From positions 412 through 64,411 of IMG/VR virus record IMGVR_UViG_3300028029_000178: 64,000 nucleotides of DNA; one strand, 5' to 3'. Below the pieces are notes generated by a model, which worked only from the letters and a program-made list of their open reading frames with translations, was not told the origin of the DNA and ran no database searches. Below are positions 1 to 8,323 of this stretch, piece after piece. Position 1 is the first letter of the stretch. Each line of letters opens with the position of its first letter. Origin of the DNA: a virus. Both the position numbers and the translations under genes were made by a program.

Positions 1-54
1 TAGAAGAGTATGATAGACTAAAGGACAAATAAAAAAATTTAACATATATTTAGT

Positions 55-86
55 AAAAGCCTTATGAGAAATCTTAAGGCTTTTTT
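55..86 (+). terminator. Intrinsic terminator
   Basis: AAAAGCCTTA (55-64) pairs with TAAGGCTTTT (75-84), followed by a T run. Confidence 0.75.
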
Positions 87-87
87 G

Positions 88-95
88 TATTTTTG
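88..95 (+). promoter_or_regulatory. Bacteroidota-type -7 promoter element
   Basis: TATTTTTG matches TAnnTTTG. It directly follows the terminator and lies 19 nt before the ATG at 115. Confidence 0.55.
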
Positions 96-114
96 TAGAA
101 GATAGATAGAGACT

Positions 115-714
115 ATGAAAAAATTATTATTTATATTGATGATATTGTTAGTAGGGTGCAGTAAGGAAGAACTGAAACCTCTATTCTATACCTATGATGC
201 AAACCAACCTACTGTAGTAGATGCAGATGTTTTTATCATGGAGCATGCAATAGTAACTTTTGAAAGTATGGAAAAAGAAGTTAATGCAGATTATTTTCAT
301 AGATATGGTATTCATATAAATATAGAGTTAGACAGTAACAGAATAAGCCTTCCTGATAAAGTGAAATTTGGAACCACAATATTTTTTCCTGAGAAAAAAG
401 AAACATTGTCTATATACATTATTCCACATGAATATATGAATGTTATAGGTGCAGCAGGGTATGCAATGTTAGGTAGAAATTGTATAGTTATCTCTGAAAG
501 AAGTATAAGGAAAAGTACTTTAGCGCACGAAATAGGTCATATATTTGGTCTTGGCCATATGGAAGAGAGAAAAAATGTCATGCATCCAGTATCAGGAGCA
601 AATAAAAATGAACAACCAGATTATTTTCTGGAACAACAAATAGATACTATGTTAAGGAATATAAATCCTTTGATAGAGGTGAAATTAAAAACTAATAACA
701 TTATAATAGATTAG
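115..714 (+). CDS. Lipoprotein zinc metallopeptidase (metzincin/matrixin-like)
   Basis: Signal peptide with lipobox LLVGC; HExxHxxGxxH motif (HEIGHIFGLGH); Met-turn NVMHP. Confidence 0.8.
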   Translation: MKKLLFILMILLVGCSKEELKPLFYTYDANQPTVVDADVFIMEHAIVTFESMEKEVNADYFHRYGIHINIELDSNRISLPDKVKFGTTIFFPEKKETLSIYIIPHEYMNVIGAAGYAMLGRNCIVISERSIRKSTLAHEIGHIFGLGHMEERKNVMHPVSGANKNEQPDYFLEQQIDTMLRNINPLIEVKLKTNNIIID

Positions 715-716
715 GT

Positions 717-1868
717 ATGAATAAAGCGATAAGAAATTTAGATTTGGAGAAAATACTTTTCTTCGATATTGAGACAGTAAGAAGAAACAAAGTATTAGAT
801 GTAGATTCAAAAGAATTTGAGTTGTATGCTTGGAGTTTAAGAGATAAAGCAACAGGATTTATTCCTCCTTCAATTGAAGTTATGAGGCATTATGAAAATA
901 ATGGAGCCTTAAGTCCAGTATTTAATAAAATAGTTGTTATAAGTGTTGGTTTTATCCAGGATAAAATACTATATTACAAATCTATTGTAGGTACACAAAA
1001 AGAAGTTATTGAGGAGTTTTACAAAGTAGTGGCTTCCTCTGGTTTTAGAGTTTGTGGCCACAATATAATAGGATTTGACTTACCAGTAATAAGAATTAAA
1101 GCTTTAGAGGAAGGAGTAGATTTAAATCTTATTCCAGAGGATATTAACGACTCAGGAAAAAGACCTTGGAATCTTACTAAAGTGTTAGATACAATGGATA
1201 TTTCTAAGGGTACTTTGTATTCTAACTTATCTTTAGATGCCTTATGTATGTTAAAAGGGATTAATAGTAGTAAAGATGATATTTCAGGGGCTTACGTAAG
1301 CCAAGTATACTACTCAGAAGGTGTAGAGAGAGTTGCAAAATACTGTAATAAAGATGTTATTGCAACAGCCGAGGTATTGTGTGCTTTAATAGGCAAATCT
1401 GATTATATAAAAGAGTATGTATGCCGAGAGGAAAAAACACTTAAAGAAAAAACAGATGTAAATATCTTTGAGCATATTTTGGCTTCAGGGCAGCTAAATC
1501 CAGAGATAATTAAAGTTATCTGCGAGAAAGTAGAAAAAGAGGGGATAGATAAAGAAGCTACTTTAAAATTAGTTAAAACTGCCTTATCCAATTCTAAACT
1601 CTACAATAAAGTTGAAGAAGAGGACTATTCGGAATTAAAAACAGCATTAGGATTAGATGTAGATTACTCTCTTATTCAAGAGGTAGTGAATAAGGGGAAT
1701 TTAGGGAAAAAGCAAGCAGACCAATTAATAATTAAATATATTAAAGAGGGTCAAGAAATCAGACTTAAAGTAATAGAGCTTACAGAAAAATTTCTCTATG
1801 AAAAAGAAAAAATGGGTCAAAAAGTAGCTCAAAAATCATTTGCCCTACTAAAAGAAAAATTAAGTTAA
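717..1868 (+). CDS. Stand-alone 3'-5' exonuclease (PolB-exo-like DEDD) with C-terminal helical extension
   Basis: ExoI FFDIET, ExoII GHNIIGFDLP, ExoIII YCNKDV. Confidence 0.8.
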   Translation: MNKAIRNLDLEKILFFDIETVRRNKVLDVDSKEFELYAWSLRDKATGFIPPSIEVMRHYENNGALSPVFNKIVVISVGFIQDKILYYKSIVGTQKEVIEEFYKVVASSGFRVCGHNIIGFDLPVIRIKALEEGVDLNLIPEDINDSGKRPWNLTKVLDTMDISKGTLYSNLSLDALCMLKGINSSKDDISGAYVSQVYYSEGVERVAKYCNKDVIATAEVLCALIGKSDYIKEYVCREEKTLKEKTDVNIFEHILASGQLNPEIIKVICEKVEKEGIDKEATLKLVKTALSNSKLYNKVEEEDYSELKTALGLDVDYSLIQEVVNKGNLGKKQADQLIIKYIKEGQEIRLKVIELTEKFLYEKEKMGQKVAQKSFALLKEKLS

Positions 1869-1916
1869 TTTGGCATTTTAAGTAAAAAGATTCAAAAACA
1901 ATTTGATAAAATGTGC

Positions 1917-2045
1917 TCTACAGGCATACTTTACATAACTCTGTAGAAAGTTAAAGCTACGTGGAAGCAATCCAGATAAAGGCAAGGTAGCACCTCTGGA
2001 TGAGTAGGAGACCTGATGCTTGATGCCGATTTAAACGTATTGGCA
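1917..2045 (+). ncRNA. Candidate structured intergenic RNA
   Basis: Three 7-bp stems in a 254-nt gap: 1917-23/1941-47, 1970-76/1995-2001, 2024-30/2039-45. No known family recognised. Confidence 0.3.
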
Positions 2046-2122
2046 AAAATAGATAGACCCGAATTTACAGAGTTTTTAAGAGTAAAAGAGTAACCGTTAT
2101 GCGGAACTTATAAAAACAAAAA

Positions 2123-2920
2123 ATGGAAACACATAATAATATAAAAATAATGACTGAGAAAAAACAATTAAATTTACCAAGAGTATATAAAGCAAAAGAT
2201 AAAAAATTTGAAAAGCATAATGGGAAACCAAAGCTTAGTTACTCACAATACACATCTTACATAGATCCACAATACAATACAGGTTATATTTTAGGCTATA
2301 TATTTGGATTAGGACAGGACTCTAATTTTTGGGCAGGTTTTGGAACATATTGTGGAACATCTATAGAATATAGAATGGATCCAGGTAAAGCCCAAGGAAA
2401 AGATGCAGTTACGCTTAAAGAGGCCTTCTCTTATTTTAATGAGAAAGATATAGAAACTTTAGGTAAAGCAGATAAAATGTTTCCAGATAACACAGTGTAT
2501 GAAAGAGAGATTGTTCTTGATAGAGGACACTATGTAACTCAGGGCTTTATAGATGTTAACTATAGCAAAGACAAAAAAGAAGATGTTATTGATGTGAAAA
2601 CAGGAGGTAAAAGTAGTAAAACTAAAGGTACATCTTTTTACGGCTCTGATAAATATGGTCAGACTAGATTATATGCAAGAGCTCTTGAGGAAGAGGGAGA
2701 AGAGATTGGTTATTGTGGAGTAGTTTTCTTAGATAGAACATATGAAGGAACATTTGAAGACCCCATCTTACACCTTTCAGGAGATATTATTCAGGTTACA
2801 ACACCATATACAAAGAAAGAGACAGATGCTCTTTTAGTTAAAATGGATAAGGTGGCCGAAGAGATATCCTCTTTAAAAACAACATACGATTTATTAAAAG
2901 ACTTAACTATAAAAATGTAA
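2123..2920 (+). CDS. PD-(D/E)XK nuclease (RecB/Cas4-like exonuclease)
   Basis: LSYSQY N-terminus, GFID...IDVKTG catalytic motif, QxxxY (QTRLY). Confidence 0.75.
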   Translation: METHNNIKIMTEKKQLNLPRVYKAKDKKFEKHNGKPKLSYSQYTSYIDPQYNTGYILGYIFGLGQDSNFWAGFGTYCGTSIEYRMDPGKAQGKDAVTLKEAFSYFNEKDIETLGKADKMFPDNTVYEREIVLDRGHYVTQGFIDVNYSKDKKEDVIDVKTGGKSSKTKGTSFYGSDKYGQTRLYARALEEEGEEIGYCGVVFLDRTYEGTFEDPILHLSGDIIQVTTPYTKKETDALLVKMDKVAEEISSLKTTYDLLKDLTIKM

Positions 2921-2925
2921 CTAGT

Positions 2926-3810
2926 ATGAAAGTAGCAGTTATTGTAGGGAGATTCCAAGCTCCATATTTACATAGTGGGCACCAAAAATTAATTTACACT
3001 GCGTTTCAACAATGTGAAAGAGTTATTATTTTTATAGGATCCTCTATAGTAAGAGGAGATAGAAATCCTCTTCCATATGAACTAATACGAAGAGGTGTAC
3101 AAAATTTACATGGTAGTGTAGAAGTGCATCAACTTCGAGATGAAAAAATTGACAATGTATGGCTAGATAGTCTTTTTGGGAAAGTAAAAGATTTAACAGA
3201 CAGTGCAGATGAAATACTGTATTATGGCTCCAGGGATTCTTTTTTAACAAGCTTACCTGAAGACAAAAATACTGTAAATGTAGAGGCAGTTGAAGGTGAC
3301 TTATCTGCTACTAAATTAAGAAATAGCGTACACTACAGAGATAATCGTTGGTTTTTTGAAGGTTATATCAAAGCTGTACAAGATGAGTTTCCAGCACACT
3401 ATGCTGTAGTAGATGCAGTTATAACAGATGGTGTAAATGTTTTGTTAGGACATAAAAAATCAGGATATTGTATTATAGGAGGTTTCGCAGATAGCTGCGA
3501 TAAATCTTTAGAGGATGCAATTATAAGAGAGGTAAAAGAGGAAACAAATTTAGATGTTTCTAATCCTGAATATCTAATGTCTGCTCAATTAAAAGATTGG
3601 AGATATAAAAATGCAAGGCAGCCATTTACTTCAGTTTTTGTGCTAAAGGTAGAAAATTTTGAAAATGTTAAGGCACAAGACGATATAGATGAAATAAAAA
3701 TTGTACCTTTGACTGAGGCAGAAAACTATCTTCCTGTAAATGGAACTCATATAACTATAATTAAAAAATACTTAGATGTCCGCAATAAACGCTTTCAAGA
3801 ACGCAAATAA
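2926..3810 (+). CDS. nadM: Bifunctional NMN adenylyltransferase / Nudix (ADP-ribose) hydrolase (NadM-Nudix, NatV-like)
   Basis: VGRFQ..LHSGH (HxGH), SAT motif (LSATKLR), Nudix box GGFADSCDKSLEDAIIREVKEETNL. Confidence 0.88.
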   Translation: MKVAVIVGRFQAPYLHSGHQKLIYTAFQQCERVIIFIGSSIVRGDRNPLPYELIRRGVQNLHGSVEVHQLRDEKIDNVWLDSLFGKVKDLTDSADEILYYGSRDSFLTSLPEDKNTVNVEAVEGDLSATKLRNSVHYRDNRWFFEGYIKAVQDEFPAHYAVVDAVITDGVNVLLGHKKSGYCIIGGFADSCDKSLEDAIIREVKEETNLDVSNPEYLMSAQLKDWRYKNARQPFTSVFVLKVENFENVKAQDDIDEIKIVPLTEAENYLPVNGTHITIIKKYLDVRNKRFQERK

Positions 3811-4657
3811 AAGAAAACATGATAGAGGTTGGGATACTCTTTATATCTTATTAGATATTCATGGGACAGTAATGAAGAATAATTGGGATGGTATAGCACA
3901 CGAATTTTATCCTTTGGCTATTGAAACTCTTCAAGAAATAAGCAAAGATCCAACATATAAAATAATTATGTGGACTTGCTCTAAAGAAGAAGATAGAAAA
4001 GTCTATAAAAAATTATTAGAAGATAGAGGTATAAATATCTATGCTGTAAATGAGAATCCAGATACAGAGGGAACTTTAGATTGGGGAGATTATAGTCAAA
4101 AATTGTATTGTAATGTACTTTTAGATGATAAAGCAGGATTTGATCCCGATAAAGAATGGCAAGAAATTCTAGACTACTTAACTTACGAAGAAAGAAATAA
4201 AAATATGAATAGACTTGAACTTAAAAACATTGAAACTCCAACAGACCTATTTGTATTTGGTGCAGATTTTGACAGTGTGCCAAAACTATTTAGTATTTCA
4301 GATGATTATTCGTATATAGGGTTAAAATTTAAAGATAGTACTTCTTATTTACATACGGTGGGTTTCGTATTTGTGTATACTTTAGAGGAATTAAGAAAAG
4401 TTTGGAGTAGATTAGAAGAGGACTCAAAATATATTTTCCCTGAGTACTATTGTATTCATATTAAAAACTACTCAGGGAAAATATCTTTGACATCAGAAGA
4501 GGATATAGATTTGTCTGACATCGATTTAAAAGAATATTTACAAGATCAAACAAATTCAGATGATTGGGTAGATTTTTTATTAGAGTTAGACTGTAATAAA
4601 ATAGAAGCTAAGAATTTAGCTTATGAAGAAGTTAATAAAATGGTAGAAAATGTTTAA
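3776..4657 (+). CDS. HAD-superfamily hydrolase-like domain fused to an unknown C-terminal domain
   Basis: LLDIHGT (motif I variant), MWTC (motif II), LLDDKAG (motif IV) in the first ~140 aa. An in-frame ATG at 4205 after an A-rich stretch suggests a fused second gene. Confidence 0.6.
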   Translation: MSAINAFKNANKRKHDRGWDTLYILLDIHGTVMKNNWDGIAHEFYPLAIETLQEISKDPTYKIIMWTCSKEEDRKVYKKLLEDRGINIYAVNENPDTEGTLDWGDYSQKLYCNVLLDDKAGFDPDKEWQEILDYLTYEERNKNMNRLELKNIETPTDLFVFGADFDSVPKLFSISDDYSYIGLKFKDSTSYLHTVGFVFVYTLEELRKVWSRLEEDSKYIFPEYYCIHIKNYSGKISLTSEEDIDLSDIDLKEYLQDQTNSDDWVDFLLELDCNKIEAKNLAYEEVNKMVENV

Positions 4658-7007
4658 AAGAAACGAAATACTAGACAGAGATTTATATAAAATAGGGCAC
4701 TGGCTTCAATTGAGAAAAGCCTATGAATGGTTTTCTTCTTATATGGAGGCTAGAAATGGGGCAAAACACCCTTATGTTTATTGTATAGGGTTAAGCTATT
4801 TAATCCAAAAACATTATTCAGAAGTGCCATCTCTTGAGGATATAAAAATTGCTGAAAAAGTTACAAAAAAAGCTGTAGGTTTTGATATATTGAATACAGA
4901 GGTGTGGGAAAAAGTAAATAAATTAGGATATTACCCTATGCTTATTAAAGGTATTCCTGAGGGGACAAAAACTCCAATAGGAGTGCCTCAATTTATAATT
5001 GAACCAACAGAAGCTTGGTTCGCTTCTTCTTTAAATGGGGAAGAAACTAAATTAATGCGTTCTTGGTATATATCTGCGGTTACAACCAGATTGATGATTT
5101 TAAAAGAAAGGTTAAAACCTATGTTTGAAATAGCTGGATGTTTAGAGGCTCTTGATTTTAGTGTAAATGGTTTTGAAGCTAGAAGTGCAACCAGTGGAGA
5201 GACCTCTGATATCGCAGGTATGTTTAGTCTATTTACCTCTAGAGGCTCTGATAATATACATGGCCAACATATGCTTAATTACTATTACCAAGGTGGAGAA
5301 GATAGATTAAAATCTGTATGGGCATGTTATGATGATGAAACTGAGGTTTTAACTGAAAACGGGTTTAAACTATTTAAAGACTCAAAAGAAGATGAAAAAG
5401 TAGCTCAGTATAATGATGATGGTTCAATAGATTTTGTTATACCTACTTTTAGATACGCTGATAAGTATAAAGGAGATTTGATAAATTTTTCTGATGAAAA
5501 AGGAAATATTTTAAATCTGACAGTTACACCTAATCATAAAATGGTATTACTAGGATCAGATGGAAAATTATTACCTTTAAGAGAAGCTAGTGAAGAGTTA
5601 AAGGAAATAGAAGGTATACCTTTAAGTGGAGTAGTGAAAGGTGAGTTAGAGGATTTATCTTTTATAGATAAATTGCGAATAGCTTTCCAAGCTGATGGGT
5701 CTTTTTCTTCTAGAAAAGAAAGCTACACAGGGGAGAAAACTGGAAGCATACCTATAGGATTCAGTTTAAAGAGGGAGGATAAAGTTAAAAACTTAGATTA
5801 TATTTTAAGTAACTTAGACTTAGATTTTTCAAAAAATAAATACGAAAATGGATACTACTCTTATAGAATAGCTATACCAACGAGTATTGAATTCAAAAAA
5901 GATTTCAGTTGGATAGATATAACTAAATTATCTAGAAAATGGATTTTAAGTTTTTTCTTAGAGTTATGTGAATGGGACGGAACTCATAATAAAACTAGAA
6001 CAAACAATATGAGTTACTTATCTATAGACAAAAATTGTGTTGAAAAAGTACAAACCCTTGCCCACTTATGTGGAGGAAAAGCTACTTTTTATGAGTATAT
6101 AGATAAAAGAGAAGATTGTGATAGAAAAGTTCAATATAGAACTAGTATAAATTTTGCTATTGACAGTATAAAATGTTATAAGCTGAAAAGGACTTCAAAA
6201 ACCTATGATGGAATTGTGTATTGTGTAGGTGTTCCCTCAAAAAAACTAGTAGTGAGAAAAAAAGGAGCTATTAGCATTTGTGGTAACACTGAACATTCTT
6301 GTGCCTTATCTTTTGGACCAGGTGAGGGAGAGTATGATTATGTTAAAGCTCAATTATCAACTCACACAGATCAGATTAAATCTATTGTAATTGATACATA
6401 TAGTACAAAGAATTTTATTAATCTTGTGATGACAAGAGAGGATATTAGAGCTTTAGTTGTTGCACATAAAGGTAAAATAGTTCTTCGTAATGACTCAGGA
6501 GATATAATAACAATGATACAATATATTCTTGATTCTTTAGCTAATTTTTATGGAACGCATATTAATAATAAAGGATTTACTGTTCTTAATGAGAATTTAG
6601 GAGTAATGCAAGCAGACGGAGTTAATCCTGAAAGTGTCGTAGATCTTTACGAATATATACTTGATTGTAACTGGTCTCCAGAAAATCTAGTAGTAGGTGG
6701 AGGAACTGGGCTTATGTTTGATGAACTTACAAGAGATTTTAACAGAAATGCAATTAAACCATCTGTAAATAGGATTGATGGAGAACTAATCAATGTAAAT
6801 AAAGTTGTAGCTAGTGATCCAACTAAAGGCTCTAAACCAGGTATATTAAAAGTAGATAAAAATTTAACAACCCATTCTAGTGTAGATTACTCAGAGGAGG
6901 AATTTGCTAAAATAGAATGTATAATGGTACCCTATTATAATAATGGAGAAATCCTTATTAATTCTTTTGATAGAGTATTTAATAACCTTAATAAAAAAGG
7001 GATTTAA
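4650..7007 (+). CDS. nadV: Nicotinamide phosphoribosyltransferase (NAMPT/NadV) precursor containing an intein
   Basis: DLYKIGH, GFEAR, GSDN, SVWA|TEHS, SIVIDTY, VLRNDSGD, MQADG, VVGGG motifs. Removing the intein leaves 464 aa, a typical NAMPT size. Confidence 0.9.
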   Translation: MFKRNEILDRDLYKIGHWLQLRKAYEWFSSYMEARNGAKHPYVYCIGLSYLIQKHYSEVPSLEDIKIAEKVTKKAVGFDILNTEVWEKVNKLGYYPMLIKGIPEGTKTPIGVPQFIIEPTEAWFASSLNGEETKLMRSWYISAVTTRLMILKERLKPMFEIAGCLEALDFSVNGFEARSATSGETSDIAGMFSLFTSRGSDNIHGQHMLNYYYQGGEDRLKSVWACYDDETEVLTENGFKLFKDSKEDEKVAQYNDDGSIDFVIPTFRYADKYKGDLINFSDEKGNILNLTVTPNHKMVLLGSDGKLLPLREASEELKEIEGIPLSGVVKGELEDLSFIDKLRIAFQADGSFSSRKESYTGEKTGSIPIGFSLKREDKVKNLDYILSNLDLDFSKNKYENGYYSYRIAIPTSIEFKKDFSWIDITKLSRKWILSFFLELCEWDGTHNKTRTNNMSYLSIDKNCVEKVQTLAHLCGGKATFYEYIDKREDCDRKVQYRTSINFAIDSIKCYKLKRTSKTYDGIVYCVGVPSKKLVVRKKGAISICGNTEHSCALSFGPGEGEYDYVKAQLSTHTDQIKSIVIDTYSTKNFINLVMTREDIRALVVAHKGKIVLRNDSGDIITMIQYILDSLANFYGTHINNKGFTVLNENLGVMQADGVNPESVVDLYEYILDCNWSPENLVVGGGTGLMFDELTRDFNRNAIKPSVNRIDGELINVNKVVASDPTKGSKPGILKVDKNLTTHSSVDYSEEEFAKIECIMVPYYNNGEILINSFDRVFNNLNKKGI
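5325..6287 (+). mobile_element. Intein (321 aa, LAGLIDADG-type) in NAMPT
   Basis: Starts CYDDETEVLT (block A); LTVTPNH (block B); AFQADGS and LCEWDG endonuclease blocks; ends VYCVGVPSKKLVVRKKGAISICGN; +1 residue is Thr. Confidence 0.9.
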
Positions 7008-7036
7008 AGAATTTTAATGTATTTGTAACAAATGTT

Positions 7037-7068
7037 TTTGCCTACGTAGAAGTTTTTATTTACATTTG
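7037..7068 (+). promoter_or_regulatory. Bacteroidota sigma-A promoter upstream of nrdB
   Basis: TTTG (7037-40), a 20-nt spacer and TACATTTG (7061-68) match the full TTTG-N19-21-TAnnTTTG consensus. Confidence 0.75.
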
Positions 7069-7072
7069 CTGT

Positions 7073-7190
7073 GTAGAATCCAAGACAATAATTCCTCGTT
7101 AGGGTGAGTCTTTAAGTAGGGTTCTACTTTCCAAATACATATAAATAACTAAAGCCCGATAGAAAACAGGAGGTAATCTATCGGGTTTCT
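7073..7190 (+). ncRNA. Structured 5' leader of nrdB or small RNA with a terminator-like stem
   Basis: Nested stems 7073-81/7119-27 and 7082-86/7108-12, then a 12-bp stem 7152-63/7177-88 followed by TCTTGTCT. Confidence 0.4.
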
Positions 7191-7218
7191 TGTCTAACAT
7201 AACTAATTTTTAAAATAA

Positions 7219-8193
7219 ATGAATAACATATTTGAACCTTCAGATAGCCTGAATGAAGTATACCCCCACCTCTTACAATATGATGCTGCCATTAGGGCAA
7301 GTTTTTGGATACCGCAACATTTTACCTACGATGGAGATGTAAGAGATTTTAAAACAAATTTAACTAAACCTCAACAAGAAATTATAAAACGTTGTATGCT
7401 TGCCATAGGCGTTGTAGAGAATAAAGTAAAAACTTTTTGGGCAAGAATAGACATGAGAATGCCAAAGACTGAAATTTCAGATGTGGGACATACTTTTGCA
7501 GCTAATGAGGTAATTCATAAGCAAACTTATAAAATGCTTCTAAATTATTTAGGTTTAGATAAAGAATTTGAAAATATTTTTGATACTCCTTGTATGGATG
7601 GCAGGTCTAAATACCTAACTAAGTACTTAAAAGGTATAAGTTCCCGTTCTAATAAAGAGTTTACAAAATCTCTTATACTTTTCACATTATTAGTAGAAAA
7701 TTGCAGTCTTTTTACCCAATTTCTTATTATCTCTTCTTTTAATAAATATGAGAATGTAATGGCAAATTTTAGTACTGTAGTAACTGCTACTGCCAAAGAG
7801 GAGAATCTTCATGGTCAATTTGGTGCTGAACTTATCAAAATCATAAAGGAAGAAAATCCAGAGTGGTTTGATGATGATATGGAACAAAAAATTAGAAGAA
7901 GTGTGAGAAAAGCTTACAAAGCTGAATTAGAAGTTTTAGATTGGATTTTCGAAAAAGGAGAATTAGATTTCATGCCTAAGGAAAATATAATAGAGTACTT
8001 AAAATTTAGATTTAACTACAGCCTTGACCAACTTGGGTATACTCCAGAATACGAAGTTGATTCTAACCTTTTGGCACCAACTAAATATTTTGAGAGAGTA
8101 ACAAAAAGTTCTGTAGCTTTTGATTTCTTTGCAGAAAAGAGTACAGAGTATTCAAAAACTAATATGATAACAGATGATGATTGGGGAGATTGA
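7219..8193 (+). CDS. nrdB: Ribonucleotide reductase class Ia beta subunit
   Basis: FWIP, ENKV, NEVIHKQTY (ExxH plus radical Tyr), LVEN, EENLHG, DFF C-terminus. Confidence 0.93.
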   Translation: MNNIFEPSDSLNEVYPHLLQYDAAIRASFWIPQHFTYDGDVRDFKTNLTKPQQEIIKRCMLAIGVVENKVKTFWARIDMRMPKTEISDVGHTFAANEVIHKQTYKMLLNYLGLDKEFENIFDTPCMDGRSKYLTKYLKGISSRSNKEFTKSLILFTLLVENCSLFTQFLIISSFNKYENVMANFSTVVTATAKEENLHGQFGAELIKIIKEENPEWFDDDMEQKIRRSVRKAYKAELEVLDWIFEKGELDFMPKENIIEYLKFRFNYSLDQLGYTPEYEVDSNLLAPTKYFERVTKSSVAFDFFAEKSTEYSKTNMITDDDWGD

Positions 8194-8323
8194 AAAACAT
8201 AGTACAAGAAAATTAAATACTACAAGTTTTATAGAACGTGCTAAAAAAGTGCATGGTGTAGTTCACAGTGAATTAAGAGAAATAAACAAGCAATTTAAAA
8301 AATTAAAATATGTTAAAACTTAG
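8174..8323 (+). pseudogene. Relic of homing-endonuclease N-terminal repeat (FIxxAKKVHG type), 49-aa mini-ORF
   Basis: Translates MMIGEIEKHSTRKLNTTSFIERAKKVHGVVHSELREINKQFKKLKYVKT. Overlaps the nrdB stop and the nrdA start. Confidence 0.6.

Noticed and set aside
2123-2920. Cas4 / CRISPR system
   Set aside because: The PD-(D/E)XK nuclease lacks the Fe-S cysteine cluster. There are no cas1/cas2 genes, and I saw no repeat-spacer array in the window.
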